A DNA stretch of 64,000 nt from Burkholderiales bacterium. Lineage in GTDB: Bacteria; Pseudomonadota; Gammaproteobacteria; Burkholderiales; Burkholderiaceae_D. The notes beneath the pieces are model-generated. The model was not told the origin of the DNA. It ran no database searches and saw only the letters and a program-made list of their open reading frames with translations. Positions 26,727 through 34,275 of this stretch are shown here, piece by piece (the first letter of the stretch is position 1; every line of letters begins with the position of its first letter). A program made the translations under genes and the position numbers. The stretch is from assembly GCA_016177875.1 (NCBI GenBank), contig JACOUL010000008.1, positions 15,432 through 79,431 of the forward strand. Reading direction: 5' to 3'.

Positions 26727-27717
26727 TTTTTTCAATGAATGGTGGGGCATTTGGATTACGATCCTGGTGGTGGTGAGTATTGCAGGCTGCGCCTTGCTGC
26801 TGTGGTCGCAATCGAAGATGAAGGTTAAGGTGGATGCCGACGGCAAGCCGCTGCCGGTCGAGACGACTGGTCATGTCTGGGATGGCGATTTAATGGAGCA
26901 CAACAATCCGCTGCCGCGTTGGTGGAGCGTTATGTTCTACGCAACCATCGTTTTCGGCGTCGCGTATCTTGTGCTTTTCCCTGGGCTGGGAAGCAACCAG
27001 GGCAAGCTCGGTTGGAGCTCCACACAGGAATATCAAGATGAAATGAAGGCAGGCGAAAAGCAATACGGCCCGCTCTTCAACAAATACGCCGCAATGGACA
27101 TCAAGGAAGTCGCCAAAGATCCGCAAGCCAAGGCCATCGGCGAGCGTTTGTTTCTTAATTCATGCGCGCAATGCCACGGTTCGGATGCGCAGGGCAGTAA
27201 GGGTTTCCCGAATCTTACCGATCAGGATTGGCTTTATGGCGGTGCGCCTGACACCGTTAAAGCATCCATCCGCGATGGCCGCAACGGCATGATGCCGCCG
27301 ATGGCAGCGGCGGTCGGCTCCGATGACGATGTGCGCAATGTCGCCAATTTTGTATTGAGCCTATCCAATTCCGCACATGACCCTATCAAAGCTGCGCTCG
27401 GCAAATCGAAATTTGCCGCTTGTGCGGCTTGCCATGGTCCGGAAGGGAAGGGCAATCCGGCGTTGGGCGCGCCTAACCTAACTGATAAAGTTTGGCTGCA
27501 TGGCGGTGGTATCGACAACGTGATGGAAACCATCAATAAGGGTCGCAACGGCCGTATGCCTGCGCACACCGGCATTTTGAGCGAAGCCAAAATTCACCTG
27601 CTTGCCGCTTATGTTTGGGGCTTGTCGAATTCCGGCGCTTCGGCCGCGCAAGTTACGGCAGAGGAAACCAAGGTGGCAAACAGCTTAACGAGTGCGAGCG
27701 CGCCGCCGCAGAAGTAA
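26719..27717 (+). CDS. ccoP: cbb3-type cytochrome c oxidase subunit III CcoP (diheme c)
   Basis: 332 aa, N-terminal TM, two CxxCH motifs (CAQCHG, CAACHG). Confidence 0.9.
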   Translation: MADFFNEWWGIWITILVVVSIAGCALLLWSQSKMKVKVDADGKPLPVETTGHVWDGDLMEHNNPLPRWWSVMFYATIVFGVAYLVLFPGLGSNQGKLGWSSTQEYQDEMKAGEKQYGPLFNKYAAMDIKEVAKDPQAKAIGERLFLNSCAQCHGSDAQGSKGFPNLTDQDWLYGGAPDTVKASIRDGRNGMMPPMAAAVGSDDDVRNVANFVLSLSNSAHDPIKAALGKSKFAACAACHGPEGKGNPALGAPNLTDKVWLHGGGIDNVMETINKGRNGRMPAHTGILSEAKIHLLAAYVWGLSNSGASAAQVTAEETKVANSLTSASAPPQK

Positions 27718-27723
27718 ACGCTA

Positions 27724-29136
27724 ATGGATAGTGCCCCTTTAAAGCAATTTACTCCGCAAGAGGTTGAACAAACTCTCTTCGAAGTCCAAAAAAAAATCTA
27801 CCCGCGTGCCCTGACTGGCTGGTTTGCCACATGGCGCTGGGTTCTGGTGTGGTTCACGCAAACTATTTTTTACGGTGGTGCCTGGCTGACCTGGAACGGT
27901 AGACAGGCTATCCTCTTTGATCTAGCGGCGCGCAAATTTCATATTTTCGGGCTCGTGCTGTGGCCGCAGGATTTCATTTATCTTGCGGTGCTCTTGGTCG
28001 TTTCGGCCTTGTCGCTATTCTTGTTTACGGCGATCGCGGGCCGATTGTTCTGCGGCTATGCGTGCCCGCAAACCGTCTACACCGAAATTTTCATGTGGGT
28101 GGAGCGCAAGATCGAAGGAGATCGTAGCGCCCGTATGCGTTTGGATCGTCAGCCGCTGTCGGCCAAGAAATTCGGATTGAAGTCAGCCAAGCATGCGACT
28201 TGGGCGGCAATCGCGTTATGGACCGGTTTTACTTTCGTTGGCTACTTCACGCCGATTCGCGAACTGGGGCATGAAGTCTTGTCCTTGTCGCTTGGCCCTT
28301 GGGAAAGTTTCTGGATTCTCTTTTATGGGTTTGCCACATATGGCAACGCCGGCTGGATGCGCGAGCAAGTATGCAAATACATGTGCCCGTACGCACGGTT
28401 TCAAAGTGCAATGTTCGATAAGGATACGTTAACTATCACTTATGACGCGGCACGTGGAGAGCCGCGCGGGCCACGTAACAAGAAGGCCGATCTATCTACC
28501 TTAGGGCTCGGCTCTTGCATCGATTGCGGAATTTGCGTGCAAGTGTGTCCGACAGGTATCGATATTCGCGACGGTTTGCAATACGAATGCATCGGATGCG
28601 CTGCGTGCGTCGACGGCTGTGATCAGGTCATGGACAAGATGGGCTATGCCAAGGGGTTGATTCGATATGCGACCGATAACGCCATGGCAAACAAGCTGGA
28701 TAAACGCGCCATGTGGCGTCGTGTGTTCCGTCCGCGCATCTTGGTCTATAGCGGTATTCTTATGCTCATCGTTTTGATAACGAGCGCTACGCTGGCATTG
28801 CGTTTGCCGCTGAAAGTCGATGTGATTCGCGATCGCGGCATTCCGCGCGTGGTGGAAGACGGGTCAGTCGACAATGTCTATCGCTTGCAGATCATGAATA
28901 CCGAAGAAAAGCCGCATCGCTACACGATTGCCCTAAAGGGATTGCCCGGCGCCGTCATTGTGTCAGGTGCCGATGCCGAAGTTCCATCGGCGACGACCAA
29001 AGCCATCGCGGTACGCGTACGGGTGCCGCCCGGCCAAGCAAGTATCGGCTCGAACCGAATTTCATTTGTTGTAACCGATCGCGAGAATCCCAACGTAACG
29101 GTGACTGAAAAAGCGGCGTTTCTCATGCCGCGTTAG
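27724..29136 (+). CDS. ccoG: cbb3 oxidase accessory protein CcoG/FixG (membrane 4Fe-4S ferredoxin)
   Basis: 470 aa, TM helices, two 4Fe-4S cysteine clusters (CxxCxxCxxxCP pattern: CIDCGICVQVCP, CIGCAACVDGC). Confidence 0.85.
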   Translation: MDSAPLKQFTPQEVEQTLFEVQKKIYPRALTGWFATWRWVLVWFTQTIFYGGAWLTWNGRQAILFDLAARKFHIFGLVLWPQDFIYLAVLLVVSALSLFLFTAIAGRLFCGYACPQTVYTEIFMWVERKIEGDRSARMRLDRQPLSAKKFGLKSAKHATWAAIALWTGFTFVGYFTPIRELGHEVLSLSLGPWESFWILFYGFATYGNAGWMREQVCKYMCPYARFQSAMFDKDTLTITYDAARGEPRGPRNKKADLSTLGLGSCIDCGICVQVCPTGIDIRDGLQYECIGCAACVDGCDQVMDKMGYAKGLIRYATDNAMANKLDKRAMWRRVFRPRILVYSGILMLIVLITSATLALRLPLKVDVIRDRGIPRVVEDGSVDNVYRLQIMNTEEKPHRYTIALKGLPGAVIVSGADAEVPSATTKAIAVRVRVPPGQASIGSNRISFVVTDRENPNVTVTEKAAFLMPR

Positions 29137-29139
29137 GAG

Positions 29140-29679
29140 ATGAAAATGGATGCACTACCTATCATGCAAAAACCGGTGACTGTCCGCTGGTATCGCGAAC
29201 CTTGGACTTGGCTCGTGCTGGGTGGGCCGCTTCTAGTAGTATTTGCCAGCATGTATACAGCATTCCTAGCCTATCGCGGCGCTGATCGGGTGGTCGCCGA
29301 AGATTATTATCGGCAGGGCCTGGCGATCAATAAAGATATTCGTCGGGACAGCGCAGCACGCGCGCAGAAAATCAGCGGCGATATGCAGCTCGATCGCTCG
29401 ACCGGTGCGATCTCATTTAAGCTGGAAGGCGAGGGGGCGCTTCCCTCCGTATTGCTGCTAACCATTTCTCATGCGCCAAGATATGGCAATGCAGATGTCA
29501 TCAGCCATGTCCGTTTGGTGCAAGTCAGCTCCGGCCGGTACGCCGGCGCGCCGCAAGAGAAATTTGATGCTGATGCCATGGCCTTGTGGCATGTCAAAGT
29601 CGAAGCCCCTGATTGGCGTTTAGCCGGCGAATGGGCGGATCCTTTGCATGCTTCTTTACGCCTCAAGGCGGCACAGTGA
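29140..29679 (+). CDS. ccoH: CcoH/FixH family protein
   Basis: 179 aa, single N-terminal TM, FixH-like N-terminal region (WYREPWTWLVLGGPLLVVFASM), immediately after ccoG. Confidence 0.7.
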   Translation: MKMDALPIMQKPVTVRWYREPWTWLVLGGPLLVVFASMYTAFLAYRGADRVVAEDYYRQGLAINKDIRRDSAARAQKISGDMQLDRSTGAISFKLEGEGALPSVLLLTISHAPRYGNADVISHVRLVQVSSGRYAGAPQEKFDADAMALWHVKVEAPDWRLAGEWADPLHASLRLKAAQ

Positions 29680-29690
29680 TCCCAGTGGAT

Positions 29691-29960
29691 ATGAAACCCG
29701 TCAATCCGGAAACGAGGAAAGGCCGCTTGTCGCGCATCGCGATGGCCGTGCTGTGGCCGTCTTTTCTGATGGCTTGCGTGAGCAGCGGTCTCCTGTTCAG
29801 TTTGATCGATCCGATGGAGTTAATCGTTCTCGATGATCGCGTTCATTTAAGTTCCTTGGGCACCTATACCGTCGGATTTTTTCTATTTTGGTTTCTCGGT
29901 TCGATCGCTAGCAGCTTAACTGCGCTGTTGTTGGTCGAGATCGACGAGCGAGATACTTAA
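29691..29960 (+). CDS. Small hypothetical membrane protein (about 89 aa, 2 TM) in the cco cluster
   Basis: Internal ATG (MKPVNPETRKGRLSRIAMAVLWPSFLMACVSSGLLFSLIDPMELIVLDDRVHLSSLGTYTVGFFLFWFLGSIASSL...) just after the ccoH stop. The longer 29613 start would overlap ccoH. No family recognised. Confidence 0.35.
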   Translation: MKPVNPETRKGRLSRIAMAVLWPSFLMACVSSGLLFSLIDPMELIVLDDRVHLSSLGTYTVGFFLFWFLGSIASSLTALLLVEIDERDT

Positions 29961-29964
29961 GGCC

Positions 29965-30684
29965 ATGCTGACCGTGCCGCTTCTTGCCGCTGCTGCTTCT
30001 GCCGGCCTGCTGGGTGGCGTTCATTGCGCCGGCATGTGCGGCGGAATTGCGGCCATGCTGTCCGGGCGTGATAAGCACGCGGGGAAAGCGTTCGCGGCCA
30101 GAGTAATTCCCATCGCCGTCGAGCAAACAAATCGGCATAGCGGCACGTATTTATTCACACTCCATGCCGGCCGCTTGACCAGTTATGCATTGATGGGTGC
30201 CGTAGTCGGATTGCTTGGCGGCACCGGCATGCTGTTCACGCCTTCGCACGCCCTGCATGTATCGCTGCTTGTTTTCGGTAACTTAGCGCTGATTTGGCTT
30301 GGTTTGCATATTGCAGGTTATGCACCGACCGTGCCGTTGATAAGCTCTTTGGTTGGTCGGCTAAATTCAGCCATGCGCGTGCCGCGCCGTCATCCATTTG
30401 CGACCGGTATGGCGTGGGGATGCTTACCTTGCGGATTGCTCTACAGCGTTTTGCCGTTTGCCCTATTGTCCGGAAGCGCATGGTCGGGGGCTGTGCTCAT
30501 GCTGGTATTCGGCTTAACAGCCTTGCCTTATCTGTTGTTCACACAATGGGCGAGCTCGTGGCGTCATGCCTCAATCGCAATGAAGCGGGTTGGGGCCGTG
30601 GTATTGATCGGGTTTGGTGTATTTGGACTATGGCATGTCGGTGCCGCGGATGCGCCGAATATTTTTTGCTTAGCTAAACTTTAA
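29965..30684 (+). CDS. TauE/SafE-type (DsbD_2-like) membrane protein with HCAGMCGG motif, cco-cluster associated
   Basis: 239 aa polytopic membrane protein with an N-terminal GGVHCAGMCGGIAAM motif, typical of the sulfite-exporter TauE/SafE family proteins that follow ccoGH in many Proteobacteria. Confidence 0.65.
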   Translation: MLTVPLLAAAASAGLLGGVHCAGMCGGIAAMLSGRDKHAGKAFAARVIPIAVEQTNRHSGTYLFTLHAGRLTSYALMGAVVGLLGGTGMLFTPSHALHVSLLVFGNLALIWLGLHIAGYAPTVPLISSLVGRLNSAMRVPRRHPFATGMAWGCLPCGLLYSVLPFALLSGSAWSGAVLMLVFGLTALPYLLFTQWASSWRHASIAMKRVGAVVLIGFGVFGLWHVGAADAPNIFCLAKL

Positions 30685-30707
30685 GTGGCTATCCCGGCGG
30701 ACATTGC

Positions 30708-30974
30708 CTACTGAGATAGCCTCTCAGAAAAATAACGCGGCTCCAATATAAGCGGGCTATCCCATGCACCTGCATTGATTAAGCGGCGCGCTACGCGATA
30801 AATGCGATCTTCATTTTCCCAGAAGATCGCTTTCGGCTGTATTTCGTCACTGTCGTCAAGGCACAGCGACTTCAATGCGTCGCGCGTAATCACGCATTTT
30901 CTATCGGTTGCGCCGACAGTTACGATGAAGCTAATGCCATCGTCCCTGGAAGCGTCTCGTCCGCTATCGCCCAT
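30708..30974 (-). CDS. DUF1488-like small protein
   Basis: 88 aa. The pattern ISFIVTVGATDRKCVITRDALKSL, then an acidic stretch, then KAIFWENEDRIYRVARRLINAG resembles the DUF1488 family. The assignment is from memory of the family, not a search. Confidence 0.45.
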   Translation of the reverse strand: MGDSGRDASRDDGISFIVTVGATDRKCVITRDALKSLCLDDSDEIQPKAIFWENEDRIYRVARRLINAGAWDSPLILEPRYFSERLSQ

Positions 30975-31205
30975 TGCACTCTCCTGACTTCGTGGTGAGT
31001 TTAGCCATTACCGATATTAAGAAGCTGTTCAAGGTCGGCTTTGCGAAGTATCAAAAGAATCGAGACAGCTTGCCAAGCTGGCAACTAATGATCACCAGAA
31101 AAAGACAAATTCTCAATGTTCAAGGCTAAAATGCCATAATCTTTTGCGAGGCAAGCGTTAACAAGCAAAAATAGCTCTACGCATTGAGAATTGGAGGGGG
31201 AGAAT

Positions 31206-31565
31206 ATGCTGTTTATTAAAAGTACAACTAAAACTATCGCACCCAGTATTTATGCTGTGGACGTGGCGGCTAAGCCGCCGGGCAAGACGTATGAAATATT
31301 TTTGGCGGTGGATGCAGACAATCAGCCGGCGCAATTTTTAGAGGCACTTGAGGCGCTCGGGTTTGTCAGAGCATTAGCGTCTACCTATACGCATAGCGAC
31401 GGTAAAAAAGTGCTCGATTTGCATTATCGTAAGTCAGGGACCGATATTTTCGAAGGTTGGAAAGAAAGCGAGCGCGAGCTCAACTTGAAGGGAATCGAAG
31501 AGATTTTTTCGGCGCATGGCTTGGAAATGAAACCGCGCGTGATGAGTTTGGCCGAAGCTTTTTAG
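31206..31565 (+). CDS. Hypothetical protein (119 aa), no recognisable domain
   Basis: ORF with a GGAGGGGGAG RBS 3-8 nt before the ATG at 31206; the ORF-track start at 31191 is a TTG. Acidic, no signal peptide. Confidence 0.45.
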   Translation: MLFIKSTTKTIAPSIYAVDVAAKPPGKTYEIFLAVDADNQPAQFLEALEALGFVRALASTYTHSDGKKVLDLHYRKSGTDIFEGWKESERELNLKGIEEIFSAHGLEMKPRVMSLAEAF

Positions 31566-31592
31566 AATCGCAGGTATCAACTTCCATACTCG

Positions 31593-31892
31593 ATGTATTT
31601 AGATCATCCCAAAATTACCGCCACCAAAGGCGACACCGAAACCGATCGTATCGACAGAGTCAACCGTGTTTACGGTTACGCCGTCGGCATTGCGGACGAA
31701 CGGGGCAATAAAGAATTCATCAACAAGCTCGGGCGCCTTCATGACCACAAGGGTACCTTGATTGTCGTTTGGCGGATCGAGCCGACCGAACAAGAAAAAA
31801 GCTATCTGGTAAAAGCCTGGCAAAGCTTGATCGGCGATGAGTCGACCAATGTTGAGCACGAGATGGAATCGGAAGTCCAGCCTCCACAATAG
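31593..31892 (+). CDS. Hypothetical protein (99 aa), no recognisable domain
   Basis: ORF 27 bp downstream of the previous hypothetical gene, same strand, with an acidic C-terminus. Confidence 0.4.
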   Translation: MYLDHPKITATKGDTETDRIDRVNRVYGYAVGIADERGNKEFINKLGRLHDHKGTLIVVWRIEPTEQEKSYLVKAWQSLIGDESTNVEHEMESEVQPPQ

Positions 31893-31907
31893 TCCCGCAA
31901 TATTTTT

Positions 31908-32156
31908 CTATCCGAAGGGATTTTCGACTCGTTCGATGTCGGGCGACGGCAACTGGTCGGGTAAAGTCTCGCCCTCCAGCGCATGCACTGCAGCGTCGAT
32001 TATTTCCTTGAGTTCCTTCGCTAAGCGCAATCCGGTCTGATCTTTAGTGATTTGCAGCGAGCCGTAAATTTCAAGACGGTCGAGACGGTTCTCAATGGTG
32101 AGATCATCGAGCGCAAGGCTGTCTCGTTCGTTGGCAAAGGGTAAGAATTTTTTCAT
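31908..32156 (-). CDS. Small hypothetical protein (82 aa), translationally coupled downstream of the secreted nuclease; candidate nuclease inhibitor or immunity protein
   Basis: Its ATG overlaps the nuclease stop codon (ATGA, 32153-32156). Acidic, no signal peptide. The function is inferred from context only. Confidence 0.45.
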   Translation of the reverse strand: MKKFLPFANERDSLALDDLTIENRLDRLEIYGSLQITKDQTGLRLAKELKEIIDAAVHALEGETLPDQLPSPDIERVENPFG

Positions 32157-32980
32157 GATGGTTCTTCTTCCTCTTGACGGGCGCCTGGATTGTTCGCTTT
32201 ACCTCGACGTTGGCGACGCGGCTGCGGCGATGGTAACTCCATGGCGGTCGCCTTAATCGCAGAATCGACTGCGGGGAACAGATTGATCCGTATCCGTTTT
32301 TCCAATTCCGCGATCGACACCATACTATAGCGCCAGCCATCCGTATTTTCGGCGATGTAAGCAGCCCCTTGTTTGCGCACGGGGTCATAGATTGCCTTAA
32401 ACACATGTGATGGCACTAGTACGTGGCCGTTTAAGCGTCGCAGAGTATTGCCTTCGAATATCGGACCCGTGATAACGAAGAGTTCGCCACTCTCTTGCGC
32501 CAAATTGCGTGTGCTGTGCTCAATGCCTTCCCAAAGAATCTGGTTGTTTTTGGGATGTTGCGGAACCATGTTTGCCAAGGAAAAACTTTCGTACTGCGCA
32601 TATTCGGTTGACATGTCTGCCGAAGGCGCCATGTGGCCGCGATCGAAACCCGAGCGAACATAGTCTTCCAGTTCCGCGCGATTAAAAGGAAATAACCATT
32701 CCTCGACATGAAAAGCATTTTTGCGGCGCAGGTGGCGAGCTCGCTCGAGTTGCGCTGCGGTTAAATGTTCCGCAGACCATAAAGGTGTACGTGACACACC
32801 TGAATGCAGCACGGCAAATTCATCGTAGCAAATACGCGCAGTGCGACGGGCAAATTGTTTGTCCGAGACTTCCGGAACGGCGCCTTGATAAAAAAGTTGC
32901 GGACAGCTTGCAGGCCACAATTCGCAGCCGGCCAAGCCAAGAGAAAAGAGAACACCAAGAAAAAATCGAATCAGGCGCAT
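32153..32980 (-). CDS. DNA/RNA non-specific endonuclease (Serratia NucA / Endonuclease_NS family), lipoprotein-type signal peptide
   Basis: Catalytic DRGH motif in context (SGFDRGHMAPSADM), a conserved Asn region (NMVPQ) and an N-terminal MRLIRFFLGVLFSLGLAGC signal with lipobox. Start chosen at the ATG (32980); the ORF track extends to a TTG at 33004. Confidence 0.8.
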   Translation of the reverse strand: MRLIRFFLGVLFSLGLAGCELWPASCPQLFYQGAVPEVSDKQFARRTARICYDEFAVLHSGVSRTPLWSAEHLTAAQLERARHLRRKNAFHVEEWLFPFNRAELEDYVRSGFDRGHMAPSADMSTEYAQYESFSLANMVPQHPKNNQILWEGIEHSTRNLAQESGELFVITGPIFEGNTLRRLNGHVLVPSHVFKAIYDPVRKQGAAYIAENTDGWRYSMVSIAELEKRIRINLFPAVDSAIKATAMELPSPQPRRQRRGKANNPGARQEEEEPS

Positions 32981-33165
32981 TGCAATGCTATTGGAAAAAT
33001 GCAATTTGGATAGTAGCTCGTCTGCGAAGTTCGTAATAATCGTTCAAAGCTATTGAACCTTTAAGCGAACCCGTGCATCGTTTGCGAAAACGCAAATATT
33101 ACCCGCCCTCCTTGCCATATGATTTTTCCTGATCCTTCAATACACTCCCCCTGGAGTTGTTTTTT

Positions 33166-33199
33166 GCCCGCAATGCGCCAGCATCGCGGGCTTTTTTTT
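33166..33199 (+). terminator. Orphan rho-independent terminator on the + strand in an intergenic region with no upstream + strand CDS
   Basis: GCCCGC, 14-nt loop, GCGGGC, then T8. The only gene upstream on this strand is more than 1 kb away and the nuclease gene is on the opposite strand. Confidence 0.45.
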
Positions 33200-33307
33200 G
33201 CCTGATACAAATTGTTGCAATAGTTACGGCCTCTCGTCTGGTAACCCGCCCTTCTATGGCGTTTAATGAATACGTAAGCCACACATCCAGTATTGAAGGA
33301 GTAAATC

Positions 33308-33628
33308 ATGAGCAGCGTAACGCGTAATTTAAAAATTCTGATTGGCACGGCAGCATTGGCATGTGCCTCTTTGTCGTTCGCAGGAGAACGTGTCGACTGG
33401 TCCGTCACGGTGGGGTCCGGCGGTTATGGTTATCCTCCGCCAGTGCGCGTTTATACGCCTCCGCCTGCTGTCGTTTATACACCGCCGCCTGTGTATTATC
33501 GGCCTGCTCCCATAGTTGGATACCAATACTATTATTACGGCCGGCCACATTGGGAACAACGGGATTGGCATCGCCGTCACCACCACGGTCACCATAATCA
33601 CGATGATCACCATGGTCACCGACGCTAG
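33308..33628 (+). CDS. Secreted Pro/Tyr-rich protein with a His-rich C-terminal tail
   Basis: 106 aa: a signal peptide (MSSVTRNLKILIGTAALACASLSFA), then PPP/VYTPPP repeats and YQYYYYGRPHW, ending HRRHHHGHHNHDDHHGHRR. AAGGAG RBS. Confidence 0.55.
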   Translation: MSSVTRNLKILIGTAALACASLSFAGERVDWSVTVGSGGYGYPPPVRVYTPPPAVVYTPPPVYYRPAPIVGYQYYYYGRPHWEQRDWHRRHHHGHHNHDDHHGHRR

Positions 33629-33669
33629 GCGGATGGTCGACATCTCTGATATTCGTCATCGAGGAAAAA

Positions 33670-34173
33670 ATGAAAATTCAAACCAAATTCGCCGTATCAG
33701 TTTTTACCTTCGCGGTCAGCTTCATCGCTCAGGCCGCGGACTTTGAAGATTATGCGCGCGTCATCAGTGTCACGCCGCAGGTCGAGCAAGTGAATCGTCC
33801 ACGCCAGCAATGCTGGATGGAGCAAGCGCAAGTTCAGCCGCGTCAACAGCAACGCGGCTCCGGCGGTGCAATTCTCGGCGGATTGGCAGGCGGTTTAATC
33901 GGTAGCCAAGTCGGCGGCGGCAATGGCCGCCTCGCAGCAACTGCGGTCGGTGCAATGGCCGGCGCCATGGTGGGCGATCGCGTGGAAAACGACAATGTTG
34001 CCGTAGCAAGCGAACAGCCCGTCAGGCGCTGTCAAACCGTCGATCATTGGGAGACCCGGAGCAATGGATACGCTGTTACCTACGAGTATCGCGGCCATAC
34101 CTACAATACTGTCGTGCCCTACGATCCGGGCAATCGGATGCCGGTTAGGGTATCCGTTACGCCGCGAATGTAA
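33670..34173 (+). CDS. Glycine-zipper (Gly-zipper_2TM / 17 kDa surface antigen-like) secreted protein
   Basis: Signal peptide followed by a G-rich zipper (GGAILGGLAGGLIGSQVGGGNGRLAATAVGAMAGAMVGD). GAGGAAAAA RBS 41 bp after the previous gene. Confidence 0.6.
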   Translation: MKIQTKFAVSVFTFAVSFIAQAADFEDYARVISVTPQVEQVNRPRQQCWMEQAQVQPRQQQRGSGGAILGGLAGGLIGSQVGGGNGRLAATAVGAMAGAMVGDRVENDNVAVASEQPVRRCQTVDHWETRSNGYAVTYEYRGHTYNTVVPYDPGNRMPVRVSVTPRM

Positions 34174-34275
34174 GCCTTATTCGCATATTCCGGGCCGGCC
34201 GCAGCCCGGAATTAGACTTCCCTCTTAAGAGCCGGTAAACTTGAAGGCTTTTCGCAATCTCCGCAAAGCCGTTTC

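Noticed and set aside
33329-33659. Several overlapping ORFs (104, 78, 84 aa) on other frames and the opposite strand of the His/Pro-rich gene
   Set aside because: They are products of the repetitive CCG/CAC/CAT-rich sequence. Only the frame with a signal peptide, an RBS and a coherent repeat architecture was kept.
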